DNA of 64,000 nucleotides from the NCBI GenBank assembly GCA_963806225.1, contig CAWDXG010000004.1:2176001-2240000 (forward strand), read 5' to 3'. The stretch is from an uncultured delta proteobacterium (GTDB lineage Bacteria; Myxococcota_A; Polyangia; Polyangiales; Polyangiaceae). The notes under the pieces are model-generated. The model was not told the origin of the DNA and did no database searches. It saw nothing but the letters and a program-made list of their open reading frames with translations. Position numbers and translations under genes: made by a program. Shown here piece by piece: positions 54,668 to 64,000 of the stretch. Each line of letters starts with the position of its first letter. Positions within the stretch are counted from its first letter, which is position 1.

Positions 54668-55714
54668 TCAGCGCCGCGCAGCTCGACCGTCGATACGCTC
54701 GCGCACTTTGGAGCGGATGATGTCGCGAACGCCGTCCGAGCGCAGAAAGTCATGGGGGAAACCCAGATCGATGCGACTGACCTCGTCGAGACGAGCCAGA
54801 TGCACGTCGTCGAGCTTCACCACGGAAGCGCCGAGCGTGTCCTTGATCTGCTCGACCTTCCGCGCACCGACGAGTGGAATGCAGAGGTAGTCCTGCGCGG
54901 CGACCCACGCGACGGCGACCTGGGTCGACGTGACGCCGAGCTCGTCGGCGATCGCGTCGACGGTGCGGGCAATGGCGAGGGCCCGCTCGGACGTGCGGCC
55001 GCGGCTCTCGTTGCCCTGCTTGCGGAGCGAGTCGTTCTCGACGTTGCGCGTGTACTTGCCGGTCAGCACGCCGGCACCCAGCGGCCCCCAGGACAGCACG
55101 CTCAGACCGAAGTGCTGCGCCATCGGCACCAGGTCCCGCTCGGGTGCGCGCTGGAGCAGGCTGTACTCGATCTGCAGCCCGACGAACTGCGACCAGCCTC
55201 GAAGCTCCGCCAGCACGTTGGACGCCGACACCACCCACGCCGGCGTGTCGCTGACGCCGATGTAGAGCACCTTGCCGTCGCGAACCAGATCCTCCAGCCC
55301 ACGCATCGTCTCCTCGAACGGCGTGTAGTCGTCCCAGGCGTGCACCCAGTAGAGATCGATGTAATCGGTGCCCAGACGGCGCAGGCTCGCCTCGACGCTG
55401 CGCATCATGCTCTTTCGGTGATTGCCGCCGGAGTTCGGGTCCGTCGGGTCCGCCGCCAGCGTGTACTTGGTGGCGAGCACACTGCGGTCCCGCTTTCCGT
55501 CGAGCCAGCGACCGACGATCTCCTCGGTGTCGCCTCCGTGATAGTGGTTGGCCGTGTCGATGAAGTTGCCGCCGGCCTCGGCGTAGGCATCGAGCACCGC
55601 GTGGCTGGTCGCCTCGTCCGCGCCGAACCCCCAGCGTTCCCCGAAGCTCATCGTTCCCAGGCAGATCTCCGAAACCCGGAGCCCGGAACGTCCCAATAGG
55701 CGATAGCGAAGCAT
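54668..55714 (-). CDS. aldo/keto reductase
   Basis: GRSGLRVSEICLGTM, DTANHY, LGTDYIDLY, QIEYSL. Confidence 0.95.
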   Translation of the reverse strand: MLRYRLLGRSGLRVSEICLGTMSFGERWGFGADEATSHAVLDAYAEAGGNFIDTANHYHGGDTEEIVGRWLDGKRDRSVLATKYTLAADPTDPNSGGNHRKSMMRSVEASLRRLGTDYIDLYWVHAWDDYTPFEETMRGLEDLVRDGKVLYIGVSDTPAWVVSASNVLAELRGWSQFVGLQIEYSLLQRAPERDLVPMAQHFGLSVLSWGPLGAGVLTGKYTRNVENDSLRKQGNESRGRTSERALAIARTVDAIADELGVTSTQVAVAWVAAQDYLCIPLVGARKVEQIKDTLGASVVKLDDVHLARLDEVSRIDLGFPHDFLRSDGVRDIIRSKVRERIDGRAARR

Positions 55715-55788
55715 GGTGTCCTCCGAAAATCCCGTGCGAGGACGTCGGTGTGCGTTCGGAGGCGAGCGACGTCAATCCCCCGCGGCGG

Positions 55789-56268
55789 CTAGCGCGCGGT
55801 GCCGAGCTCTTCCTCGCGCTCGGGTTTGAGCTCGATGAACAGGCCTTCAGCCTCGGCAAAGGTCTCTCCGGCGTCGTCGCAGAGGCGACCGCGGGTGTGG
55901 ACCTTGCGCCCGTCCACGTGGTCGATCCACGCCTCCAGCACGGCGTCGGTGCCGAGCGGAAGCATGCGGCGGAAGTGCACGGTAATCGAGGCCGCGACAA
56001 CGCGATGCCCCGAAAGCCAGCCGACTTTTCCAATCGCGTCGTCGAGCACCGCGGCCATGCTGCCGCCGTGGGCGTGCCCGGGCGGTCCCTCGCACCACGG
56101 TCCGAACCACACCTTGCCCGTCAGCGCCCCGTCGCTGTCGCGGCGGAAGTGTGCGACGCGCAACCGGTCGTCGCCTTCCTGTCCGTGCACGAACGAGCGT
56201 CCGGAGCGCGCGGTCATCGGAGTGAGCGGCGTCCAACCGGGTTCCGGGCGTACGGGCGGAGCGGACAT
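55789..56268 (-). CDS. PaaI-family hotdog thioesterase
   Basis: EGPPGHAHGGSMAAVLDD. Confidence 0.88.
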   Translation of the reverse strand: MSAPPVRPEPGWTPLTPMTARSGRSFVHGQEGDDRLRVAHFRRDSDGALTGKVWFGPWCEGPPGHAHGGSMAAVLDDAIGKVGWLSGHRVVAASITVHFRRMLPLGTDAVLEAWIDHVDGRKVHTRGRLCDDAGETFAEAEGLFIELKPEREEELGTAR

Positions 56269-56336
56269 GGCCGCGACAATAGCACTCTTGCACAGCCCCG
56301 CAGACGGCGCGCCCGGTTTCCGGCTACGCTGGTTCT

Positions 56337-56879
56337 GTGGCAAACCCGTCCGGGCTTCTGGTGTGCGCGCTGCTTGTCGGCTGTGCCGGCGCACCGCGCG
56401 CTGGCGAACCCGCGCAGGCCGCGGTGGTGTCCATCGCGCCGCCCGACGCCGGCGAGGCCTCGGTGGTTCCAGACGGTGGCGGCGTCGACACGCAAGTCGT
56501 AGCAACGTCTTCACCACCACCGCCGCGCACACCGGACGCTTCGGTGACCACGCCGGACGCTACAGCGGTTGTCGCCGACGCTGGGGCGTCCCACGCCGTG
56601 GGACCGGGCGGATGCATGCGGACGCGCAAGACATTCCGGTACCGATGCAGCGGCATGCCACCCCGTCCCGGCGAGCCGAATTCCTATCCCGCCACGGCGT
56701 GCGACCGCTGCATCACCGATGCCGACTGCAAAGCCAAGCCCGGCGGTCGCTGCCTGCGGCGCGGCGGCCCCTGCAGGGGTCCGTCGCACTTCGAGTGTCG
56801 CTACCCGAGCGCGAAGTGCGGTGGCCGGATCTGTCCCGAGCGCGCTCAGCCCATGCCCCCGAGCATGCCGCGACGCTGA
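56337..56879 (+). CDS. Cys-rich lipoprotein
   Basis: LLVGC lipobox, PDAG linker, C-terminal Cys cluster. Confidence 0.6.
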   Translation: MANPSGLLVCALLVGCAGAPRAGEPAQAAVVSIAPPDAGEASVVPDGGGVDTQVVATSSPPPPRTPDASVTTPDATAVVADAGASHAVGPGGCMRTRKTFRYRCSGMPPRPGEPNSYPATACDRCITDADCKAKPGGRCLRRGGPCRGPSHFECRYPSAKCGGRICPERAQPMPPSMPRR

Positions 56880-56895
56880 CGGGCGACGGCTCGCG

Positions 56896-57621
56896 CTACC
56901 AGCCCTTGACGACGGCGGGAGAAAACGGCGGGCTCTTGCCGAGGCATTTGCCGTCGTGCTCGCGATCGAGCGGAGTCATCGGCCACAGCCCGGACACGAC
57001 CACGGGCCACTTGCGTGGAACGGTCATCCTGTAGCCACCCGCCGTCGGTACGAACCGGATGGAGATCTCCGCGACACCCCAGGATGGCGGATCCGGCGGG
57101 CATGCGCCGTTTGCGCACATGCGTGAGCTCACGTCCTCGCTCGAAATGCCGTAGCGGATACGCACCCAGCGCACGCCGCGGCCGGACGTGGACCGGACGC
57201 CGAGCAGCGACGCGGTCGTCATTGCACCAGGGCCGTCGATGCAGCCCGACGACCTGGAGGCGTGGGCGCCGACGGCCGCGAGCAGCCGATTGAGCTCCGC
57301 GCGGAGCGGCGCGGGACAGGCGACGCGAGGCGGTGAGCCCGACCAGGACGGAGCTCCATGCTCGTAGCTCCGCACCACGAGCGGCGCGGCCGGGCCGGGA
57401 GCGGCCAGCGGGATGCCGCCGTCCGCCGCGGATGGCAGCGGCGCAGGCCGTACAGGCGGCTCCGCGCTCGCCACAGGTGCGGGCGGCGCGCTCGCTGCGG
57501 GTAGCGCCGTGGCGGAGGCAGGTGACGGCGCCGAGGTTGCTGCCGGCGGTGCAGAAACCGACGACACCGGCGTGGGCGCGCAGCCGGCAGCCAGGACCGT
57601 CAGGAAAAGCCAACGCCTCAC
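56896..57621 (-). CDS. hypothetical lipoprotein
   Basis: VRRWLFLTVLAAGC signal/lipobox and Pro/Ala linker. Confidence 0.55.
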   Translation of the reverse strand: MRRWLFLTVLAAGCAPTPVSSVSAPPAATSAPSPASATALPAASAPPAPVASAEPPVRPAPLPSAADGGIPLAAPGPAAPLVVRSYEHGAPSWSGSPPRVACPAPLRAELNRLLAAVGAHASRSSGCIDGPGAMTTASLLGVRSTSGRGVRWVRIRYGISSEDVSSRMCANGACPPDPPSWGVAEISIRFVPTAGGYRMTVPRKWPVVVSGLWPMTPLDREHDGKCLGKSPPFSPAVVKGW

Positions 57622-57752
57622 GCGTAGAGACCCAGAGAAAGTACCAGCGACGTGCACGCCACGATCGCGCCCGACCTCCACGTTCCCATGCGACGATGGT
57701 ACGCGAATGGCCGCTTCCTGTCCTGCCCGACGGTTGGGCGTTCGGAGTTCCG

Positions 57753-58973
57753 TCACGATCGTGAATACTGATCGCGGTGGACCGGTGCCGGCGCGACGGC
57801 GGGACGACGACGCGGCAGCGGCGCGGGCACGCCAACCAACTCGCGGAGCAGCGTGGAAAGGCGCGTTGCTGCGACCAGCGCAGTGCGTTCCCGGACGCGT
57901 TGCCGGGCGCGCCAGGCCAGGCGACGACGAAGCTCCGACTCCGCCAGGAGCCGGAGCACGGCCCGCGTCATCCCGGTGACGTTGCCGAGTGGAAAGACGA
58001 GTCCGGTTTCGCCATGCTCCACCAGCTCGAGTACGGGCGGAATACCTGCCGCGACCACGGGCTTGCTGGACGTCATCGCTTCCAGCAGGAAGTTCGAGCA
58101 GCCCTCCGATTGCGACGGCAGCACGAGCACGTCGCACGCTGCGTAGAAGGACGGCATATCGGACACGAACCCGAGGAACTCGAGATTCGTCGCGCCCGAG
58201 TCGCGCGCCATCCGCTCGTACTCCGCGCGTCGGTCGCCCTCTCCGGCTATCAGCACGCGCGCGTCGGGTAGAAGAATCGAGAGCCGCCGTGCAAGCTCGA
58301 TCACCTCTTCCGGATGCTTCTTCGGAGCCAGGCGCCCCGCGTAGCCGACGACGAAGCGGGCGCCACGCGGGCGGAAGCGCGATGCATCCCCCGCCCGCTC
58401 GTTGAACACCGAGGTATCGACGCCGTTCGGCACGATCGCTACCGGCGCTGGCACGAGCGGCTGGAACGTCCGACGCACCGCCTCGCCGTTGCAGAGCAGG
58501 AGGTCGGGCCGCATGAAACGCGTCACGCCCCACAGACTGCTCCTCTCCAGCGCGTTGATCCGCGCTCCGCCCGCCCGCCACACGATGGGAATGCCGGCGC
58601 TCCTGGCCACGAGCGTGCCGGTAATCCAGGAGAACGGCAGTGACGCCACGACGACGTCGAAGTGATTGCCGCGCACGACACGGGCGACCTCGGCGCGCGA
58701 CCGGAACCCGCACTGGACGTACCGGAACGGCACGCTCAGCCGCGCGAGCCCTCGCTGCCGCGGCCAGCCACCCGGGAAGTTCGGGGAGTGGATGAACTCC
58801 GCGAACGGCGCCTGCCGCATCCAGTCGGCGATGACCTGACCGGGCCCGCCGATCATGACCACGTCCACACCGAGCTCGGGCAGGAACAATGCTTGCTCTG
58901 CTGCTTGTCGTTCCGCACCGCCGAAGAGCGGAGCGGGCTGCAGATAGAGGGCGCGAATGCGGGAAGAGGTCAT
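57753..58973 (-). CDS. glycosyltransferase family 4
   Basis: GGAERQ, VPNGVD, GRLAPKK, PSQSEG..NFLLEAM. Confidence 0.92.
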   Translation of the reverse strand: MTSSRIRALYLQPAPLFGGAERQAAEQALFLPELGVDVVMIGGPGQVIADWMRQAPFAEFIHSPNFPGGWPRQRGLARLSVPFRYVQCGFRSRAEVARVVRGNHFDVVVASLPFSWITGTLVARSAGIPIVWRAGGARINALERSSLWGVTRFMRPDLLLCNGEAVRRTFQPLVPAPVAIVPNGVDTSVFNERAGDASRFRPRGARFVVGYAGRLAPKKHPEEVIELARRLSILLPDARVLIAGEGDRRAEYERMARDSGATNLEFLGFVSDMPSFYAACDVLVLPSQSEGCSNFLLEAMTSSKPVVAAGIPPVLELVEHGETGLVFPLGNVTGMTRAVLRLLAESELRRRLAWRARQRVRERTALVAATRLSTLLRELVGVPAPLPRRRPAVAPAPVHRDQYSRS

Positions 58974-59973
58974 GCACAGCACCGAAGGCACGCCGCGTGC
59001 CCGCAGCAGGCGGCGGCTCCCGCCGATCCGGCTGGTGCTGTTCGCCCTCGGAATCATTCTGGTCCTGTGGTTTGTGCGGCGCGTCGGATACCACTCCGTG
59101 GCCACGCAACTCATGCGCGTTGGGCCCTGGGCGCTGCTGCTGCTCGTTCCCTACGGCATCGGCACCGCAGTCGGCGCCCTGCCGTGGGGCCGACTGCTGT
59201 CGCGACAGGTTCGTCCGCGATTCGGCGGGCTGGTCCTCAGCCGCTTTGCCGCTTCGAGTGCGAACGCTCTGCTGCCGCTGTTCGGTGTCGCCGGCGAGCC
59301 TTCCCGGCTGCTGTGGCTGCCCGCCCGCGCGCGCGCACAGGGGCTCGCAGCCATCGTCGTCGACCGCCTGCTCTACAACGCCTCGAACGGCGTGGTTCTT
59401 CTCGGAGGCGCCGCGACCGCCGCCTATGCGACGCGACTTCCCGATACCTGGGTCATGATGGCGGTCGGCATGTCCGCTGTGATGCTCGCGGTCAGCGGCG
59501 GCCTCGTGTGGATGGTCACGCGCGCCGGCATCGGCCGCCGGATCCACTCGCTGCTCGGCAAGCTGTTCCGTGGCCTCTACGCAAGAGAGGATTTCGGACG
59601 CGCGGTGGACAGCAGTCTGCTCGAGCTCTTGAGAGGTCCGCGCGCGCGCCTGTTTTCCAGCCTGGGTCTGCACGTCGCGGGCCGTTCCCTGCTCGCACTG
59701 GAAGTGTTCCTCGGCCTCGCGCTTCTCGGAACCGAGGTCTCGATAGCCCAGGGGATCGTGCTGGCCGTGGTGCCGATCGCCCTTTCGGTATTCTTTTCAT
59801 CGGTCCCGAGCCAAATCGGTATCCAGGAAGGTGCGCAGACACTGGTCGCCTCGGCGCTCGGGCTCGATCCGGCGGCAGTTCTCGCGCTGGTTCTGCTGCA
59901 GCGGTTCCGCCAGCTCGTGTACGCGAGTCTGATGCCGTTCATTCTTGGCAGCGCGCGCGCGAAGAGTACGTGA
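58972..59973 (+). CDS. lysylphosphatidylglycerol synthase TM/flippase-like membrane protein
   Basis: Multi-TM; AGEP, VVDRL, VPSQIGIQEG. Confidence 0.8.
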   Translation: MHSTEGTPRARSRRRLPPIRLVLFALGIILVLWFVRRVGYHSVATQLMRVGPWALLLLVPYGIGTAVGALPWGRLLSRQVRPRFGGLVLSRFAASSANALLPLFGVAGEPSRLLWLPARARAQGLAAIVVDRLLYNASNGVVLLGGAATAAYATRLPDTWVMMAVGMSAVMLAVSGGLVWMVTRAGIGRRIHSLLGKLFRGLYAREDFGRAVDSSLLELLRGPRARLFSSLGLHVAGRSLLALEVFLGLALLGTEVSIAQGIVLAVVPIALSVFFSSVPSQIGIQEGAQTLVASALGLDPAAVLALVLLQRFRQLVYASLMPFILGSARAKST

Positions 59974-60075
59974 CGCCACGGAGCGCAGCGGCTGCAGGCG
60001 ATACCGCAACGCGGCGCAGAGCGTGCACACAGGCGAACTTGCAGGCTGCAAAATCAATGTCATCATGCCGAGTCC

Positions 60076-61218
60076 TTGCAGACGACGCCGCGCCCCCCCG
60101 CGTTGCTGCTGCTGCGGGCAACCGCCCTCGCTGCAGCCCTGCCCATCCTGCTCGAGGCCCTGCCCTCGCGAGCCGCCGCTCGCGGCACGCTCGAGTCCGA
60201 GGCACAGGCGCTGGAGCTGCGCTGGGCTCCGACCTACGCACAGGCGGTGTCACGCGCGCACCCCGAGCGGGATCGGCCGCTGCCCATCGACTTCGACGGC
60301 GACTGGGACGCCACGAACAACTGGCGGCACCTCACCCCGGCCATGCGATCGCGCACGCCGGCCGTCTACGCTGCGGCCATCCTCACGAAGACACACGCCT
60401 ACCTCACCTACACGCTCTTCTATCCGCGCGACTGGATCAGTCCAATTTGCGTCCAGCTCGTCTGCCACGACAACGATCTCGAAAACGTGCTGTTCGTGGC
60501 AGAACGCCCCTCGCCGTCCCATCCCGACGGCAAGCTCGTGCTGGTCGAGACCAAGGCGCACAACAGCTATCCGTCGCTCGCTGCGAAGGACCTGGCGTTC
60601 GATTCCGGCGGCCATCCGCTACTCCGCGTGGAATCGCAAGGCCACGGGATCTACCCCGTCAAGGCCGGAGAACGGCTGGACGGCGCGGCACGCATGCTCT
60701 TCGTCGCAACCGGCGACAACGACCGTGGGGCAGAGCGCTACACCCTGCTGCAGCTCCACGACACACTCTGGGCCCACCGGCTGTCCGGCGCCGGCGGCGG
60801 CAAGCTCTGGAGCGCGGGCGAGAGCGGCTTTCTGGGATACCGCGGTGCACGCTGGGGGCGCCGCGGCGGCGTGCTCGGCGACTGGATGGCCCAGTCGCAA
60901 TATCGAGGAGGAGTGCGCCCACCCTGGGGACTGAAGGCCGCTCCGGGCGCGCGCGGTGACTGGTTTTTCGATCCCGCTCTTGTCGAGACGACGCGCCATC
61001 CACAGGCCCTGAACGCAGACGGTCCGGCCAGCCAGGACTACGTCTTCAATCCCTATCTGGACGACCTCACCGCCAGCTGCAGCGGGGCTGCCTGCCCTGC
61101 TCCGCCCACGGCGCCCGTGGGGAGCATGTGGCTGTTCGGTACTCTCGGCGCGGCGTTCGTCGGGGTCGGACTGGTGTCGTCGCGGTTGCGACGCCGCGGT
61201 TCCAGAACGCCACAGTAG
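60076..61218 (+). CDS. secreted/anchored hypothetical protein
   Basis: Signal-like N-terminus, DFDGDWDATNNW, YTLFYPRDW..HDNDLE, C-terminal TM + RRR. Confidence 0.7.
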   Translation: MQTTPRPPALLLLRATALAAALPILLEALPSRAAARGTLESEAQALELRWAPTYAQAVSRAHPERDRPLPIDFDGDWDATNNWRHLTPAMRSRTPAVYAAAILTKTHAYLTYTLFYPRDWISPICVQLVCHDNDLENVLFVAERPSPSHPDGKLVLVETKAHNSYPSLAAKDLAFDSGGHPLLRVESQGHGIYPVKAGERLDGAARMLFVATGDNDRGAERYTLLQLHDTLWAHRLSGAGGGKLWSAGESGFLGYRGARWGRRGGVLGDWMAQSQYRGGVRPPWGLKAAPGARGDWFFDPALVETTRHPQALNADGPASQDYVFNPYLDDLTASCSGAACPAPPTAPVGSMWLFGTLGAAFVGVGLVSSRLRRRGSRTPQ

Positions 61219-61305
61219 CGAGCGCGCGGCGCGCAGCCGCTGCACGGCGCCACGTGCCGCGACGCACCGGGTGCGGCCCGAGCGGGTTGCCCGCTCGCAG
61301 CCGTC

Positions 61306-61321
61306 GGGCACGGCGTTTGCT
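61306..61321 (+). promoter_or_regulatory. sigma54 -24/-12 promoter of the exporter operon
   Basis: GGGCACGGCGTTTGCT (GG-N10-GC) ends about 17 nt upstream of ATG 61338. Confidence 0.7.
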
Positions 61322-61337
61322 GCTCCACAGATCTGCG

Positions 61338-62561
61338 ATGCAGACGGCGAGCAGCCCCTACGAGCTCGTAGTGCCTCCGGAAATCCGCCGCCGGGCGCGG
61401 CTCCGGTGGCGCATCTGGGGTGGCGTTGCGCTGGTGGTCGCCGTCGCCGCGATCGTATTGGCCGCGACGCGGCCGTGGCGCACGCCGGCACCTGCGTTCC
61501 GCACCGCACTGCTGGAAACACGGAACATCACCCAACTCGTCGAAGCCACGGGACATCTCAACGTCACCCGTCGCACCGACGTGCCCGCTCCCGCTCCGGG
61601 CGCCCTGGTGGAATCCCTCGTGCGGCAGGGCCAGATGGTGGAGCAGGGAAAGCCCCTGGCTCGCCTCGACGAGCGCGCCGCGGAGATCGCATTGCGCTCC
61701 GCGCGCGCCGCTCTCGAGTCGGCCACAAGCCACTTGTCGCAGGCGCGCGCCCAGCAGAAGAGTGCGGAGGACGTCCTCGCCCGCACGCTCCGGCTCTCGG
61801 CACGCGGCCTCGCCAGCGACAGCGAGGTGGTCGCCGCGCGGCTGTCGGCCGCCAAGGCGCGCGCCGGTCTTGCCGGAGCCCGCGCAGAACGCAGCGTCGC
61901 GGTCGAGAACCTCGCGCAGGCCAGGCTGGCCCGGAAGCTGCGAACATTGTCGGCACCCGTCGCGGGGCTCGTGCTCGCCGCTCCGGACACGTTGGGGGCG
62001 ATGGTCGCGCCCGAGCAGGGTCCGCTGTTCGTCATCGGCAGCCCACTCGATTCACTGCGCATCGAAGCGTGGGTCGCCGAGGCGGACATCGGGCAGGTCG
62101 GGGTCGGCCAGAAGGCGAGCTTCACGGTGCCCGCGTTTCCGGAACTTCGCTTCCAGGCCGAGGTGCAAAGCCTCGGCGTCGATGCAAACCAACACGGCAA
62201 CAACGTGCGCTATCTCGTGACGCTCCACGCGAAGAATCCCGACAAGCGACTGCTGCCCGGGATGACCGCAACGCTACGCATCGAGGTGGCTCACGCCCAC
62301 CACGTGCTCGCCGTGCGCGAAGCGGCATTGCGCTTCAATCCCGACGGCTCCTCCGCCGACAGGTCCCGCATCTGGCGCCTGGCGGGCGACGGAAGCCCGG
62401 AGCCGGTGCGGGTCGTCGCAGAAACAAGCGACGGCGCGTACACGGAAGTGCGTGCCGCGCGCGGCAATACGCTCGACCCCGGCGACAGGATCATCATCGG
62501 GCGTGCGCTGCCCGCCGGCAATGGCGACCGCGGGCCGGGCATCTCGCTGGGAGGGCGCTGA
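61338..62561 (+). CDS. MacA-like periplasmic adaptor (membrane fusion protein)
   Basis: N-terminal TM, coiled hairpin, APVAG, EADIGQV, LLPGMTA. Confidence 0.9.
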   Translation: MQTASSPYELVVPPEIRRRARLRWRIWGGVALVVAVAAIVLAATRPWRTPAPAFRTALLETRNITQLVEATGHLNVTRRTDVPAPAPGALVESLVRQGQMVEQGKPLARLDERAAEIALRSARAALESATSHLSQARAQQKSAEDVLARTLRLSARGLASDSEVVAARLSAAKARAGLAGARAERSVAVENLAQARLARKLRTLSAPVAGLVLAAPDTLGAMVAPEQGPLFVIGSPLDSLRIEAWVAEADIGQVGVGQKASFTVPAFPELRFQAEVQSLGVDANQHGNNVRYLVTLHAKNPDKRLLPGMTATLRIEVAHAHHVLAVREAALRFNPDGSSADRSRIWRLAGDGSPEPVRVVAETSDGAYTEVRAARGNTLDPGDRIIIGRALPAGNGDRGPGISLGGR

Positions 62562-63277
62562 TGCGCGCGCCGACCGCTCCGATCCTCGACGTGCGGGGCG
62601 TCGAGAAGCGCTACGGCACGGGCGAGGCGGCGGTGTTCGCACTGCGCGGCATCGACTTCGCCGTCCAGCCCGGCGAGATGGTGGCCCTGCGCGGGCCATC
62701 GGGCTCCGGCAAGTCGACGCTCCTCAATATCCTCGGCTGCCTCGATCGACCTACTGCCGGAAGCTACACGCTCGGCGGCTCGGACGTGTCCCAGCTCGAC
62801 CGGACCGAGCAGGCCTGGGTGCGCCTGCATTACCTGGGGTTCGTCTTCCAGTCGTTCCACCTGCTCGCGCGCATGACAGCACTTGAAAATGCGATGCTGC
62901 CGCTGCGCTACGCCGGCTTCGCGCCCGCCGCCCAGAAAGAGACGGCCCGCGAGCTGCTCTCCCGCGTGGGGCTCTCCAGGCGCGGCGATCACTTTCCGGC
63001 ACAGCTGTCGGGTGGCGAGCGCCAGCGCGTGGCGATCGCCCGGTCGATCGCCTGCCATCCCCGCGTTCTGCTCGCAGACGAACCAACCGGCGCGCTGGAC
63101 ACCCGCACCGGCGCAGCAATCCTCGCGCTGCTCGCGGAGCTCCAGGCAGACACCGGCCTCACCGTGCTGATGGTCACCCACGATCCGGAAGTCGCGAGCT
63201 TCGCGCACCGGCAGATCCATCTGCTCGATGGCAGCATCGTGCAGTCGAGCGAGGTCCACGATGGTGGCGCTGGCTGA
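62561..63277 (+). CDS. MacB/LolD-type ABC ATP-binding protein
   Basis: GPSGSGKST, LSGGERQRVAIAR, ADEPTGALD. Confidence 0.95.
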   Translation: MRAPTAPILDVRGVEKRYGTGEAAVFALRGIDFAVQPGEMVALRGPSGSGKSTLLNILGCLDRPTAGSYTLGGSDVSQLDRTEQAWVRLHYLGFVFQSFHLLARMTALENAMLPLRYAGFAPAAQKETARELLSRVGLSRRGDHFPAQLSGGERQRVAIARSIACHPRVLLADEPTGALDTRTGAAILALLAELQADTGLTVLMVTHDPEVASFAHRQIHLLDGSIVQSSEVHDGGAG

Positions 63278-64000
63278 CCGGCTGCGTTCAGGCCTGGAGA
63301 TCGTGGTGCGCCAACCGGGGCGCAGCGCTCTCACGGTGCTCGGACTCGCGATCGGCGTGGGCGCGTTCATCGCCATGATCAGCTTCGGCGAGGGCGCGCG
63401 CCGGTCGGTCCTGTCGCAGTTCGAAGCGCTGGGCACGAACGTACTGAAAGTGCAGAGCACGACCGGGCCCGACGGCAGGCCGCCCGAGCCGCTGACCGAC
63501 GCCGACGTTCGAGCGATACAGCGCGAGGCGACCTCGGTCGTAGCCGTGCTGCCCGTGGCGCGGAGTTCGATGTCCGCGGCCTACCGGCGCAGCGTGCGGT
63601 CGACGAACGTATACGGCACCGTACCGGGCTTCGCCGCGCTGCACGCCTGGCAGGTCCAGACGGGAGGCAACTTCGACCAGACGGACGTGGAGCAGGCCAA
63701 GAAGGTCTGCGTGTTCGGCATGACCCCGGTGCGCGAACTGTTCGGCGACGCAGACCCCGTAGGCCAGACCGTGACGCTCGCCGGGATCATGCCGTGTCGC
63801 ATCATCGGCGTGCTGGCCCCCAAAGGGTTCGCCACCAACGGCAACGACCTCGACGATCTCGTCCTCATGCCGGTCTCGACGTACAGGAACTACCTCGGCC
63901 GCGGAGCAAGCTACGCCGATATCGAAGTCGAACCGGCGAATCCTGCGCTGCTCGAGCCCGCCAGGGCCGAGGTCACGACCATCCTCCGGCGGACTCATCG
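63261..64000 (+). CDS. MacB-type ABC permease (partial)
   Basis: MVALAD...RSALTVLGLAIGVGAFIAMISFGEG...LGTN; runs off the window. Confidence 0.9.
   Translation, partial: MVALADRLRSGLEIVVRQPGRSALTVLGLAIGVGAFIAMISFGEGARRSVLSQFEALGTNVLKVQSTTGPDGRPPEPLTDADVRAIQREATSVVAVLPVARSSMSAAYRRSVRSTNVYGTVPGFAALHAWQVQTGGNFDQTDVEQAKKVCVFGMTPVRELFGDADPVGQTVTLAGIMPCRIIGVLAPKGFATNGNDLDDLVLMPVSTYRNYLGRGASYADIEVEPANPALLEPARAEVTTILRRTH

Overview
High-GC bacterial DNA, most likely Myxococcota (Polyangiales-like), judged from a MYXO-CTERM-type tail, many Cys-rich lipoproteins and sigma54 promoters. The main feature is a ~15.8 kb, tightly packed minus-strand operon at 38.7-54.5 kb. It encodes IorA with an inserted GltD/Nfn-type NAD(P)-flavin module, IorB, hydantoinase/oxoprolinase A and B, an acyl-CoA dehydrogenase, a split B12 mutase with a remodelled poly-Gly pocket, a family III CoA-transferase and a three-subunit xanthine-dehydrogenase-family molybdoenzyme. 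This set matches the core of the anaerobic indole-3-acetate (iaa) pathway, extended by an indolepyruvate-oxidising entry module, which suggests an anaerobic tryptophan/auxin degradation system. An FNR/CRP-like site is centred at -41.5 from its start codon. Elsewhere there is a small decayed accessory island (duplicated vapC, intact vapBC, integrase remnant), katG with an OxyR-like box, a PL8 lyase, a CE2 esterase, a fosA-like gene, panB, zwf and a MacAB-type exporter. Several single-base frameshifts look like assembly errors. All assignments come from reading motifs by eye; no searches were run. No rRNA, tRNA or CRISPR array was found.
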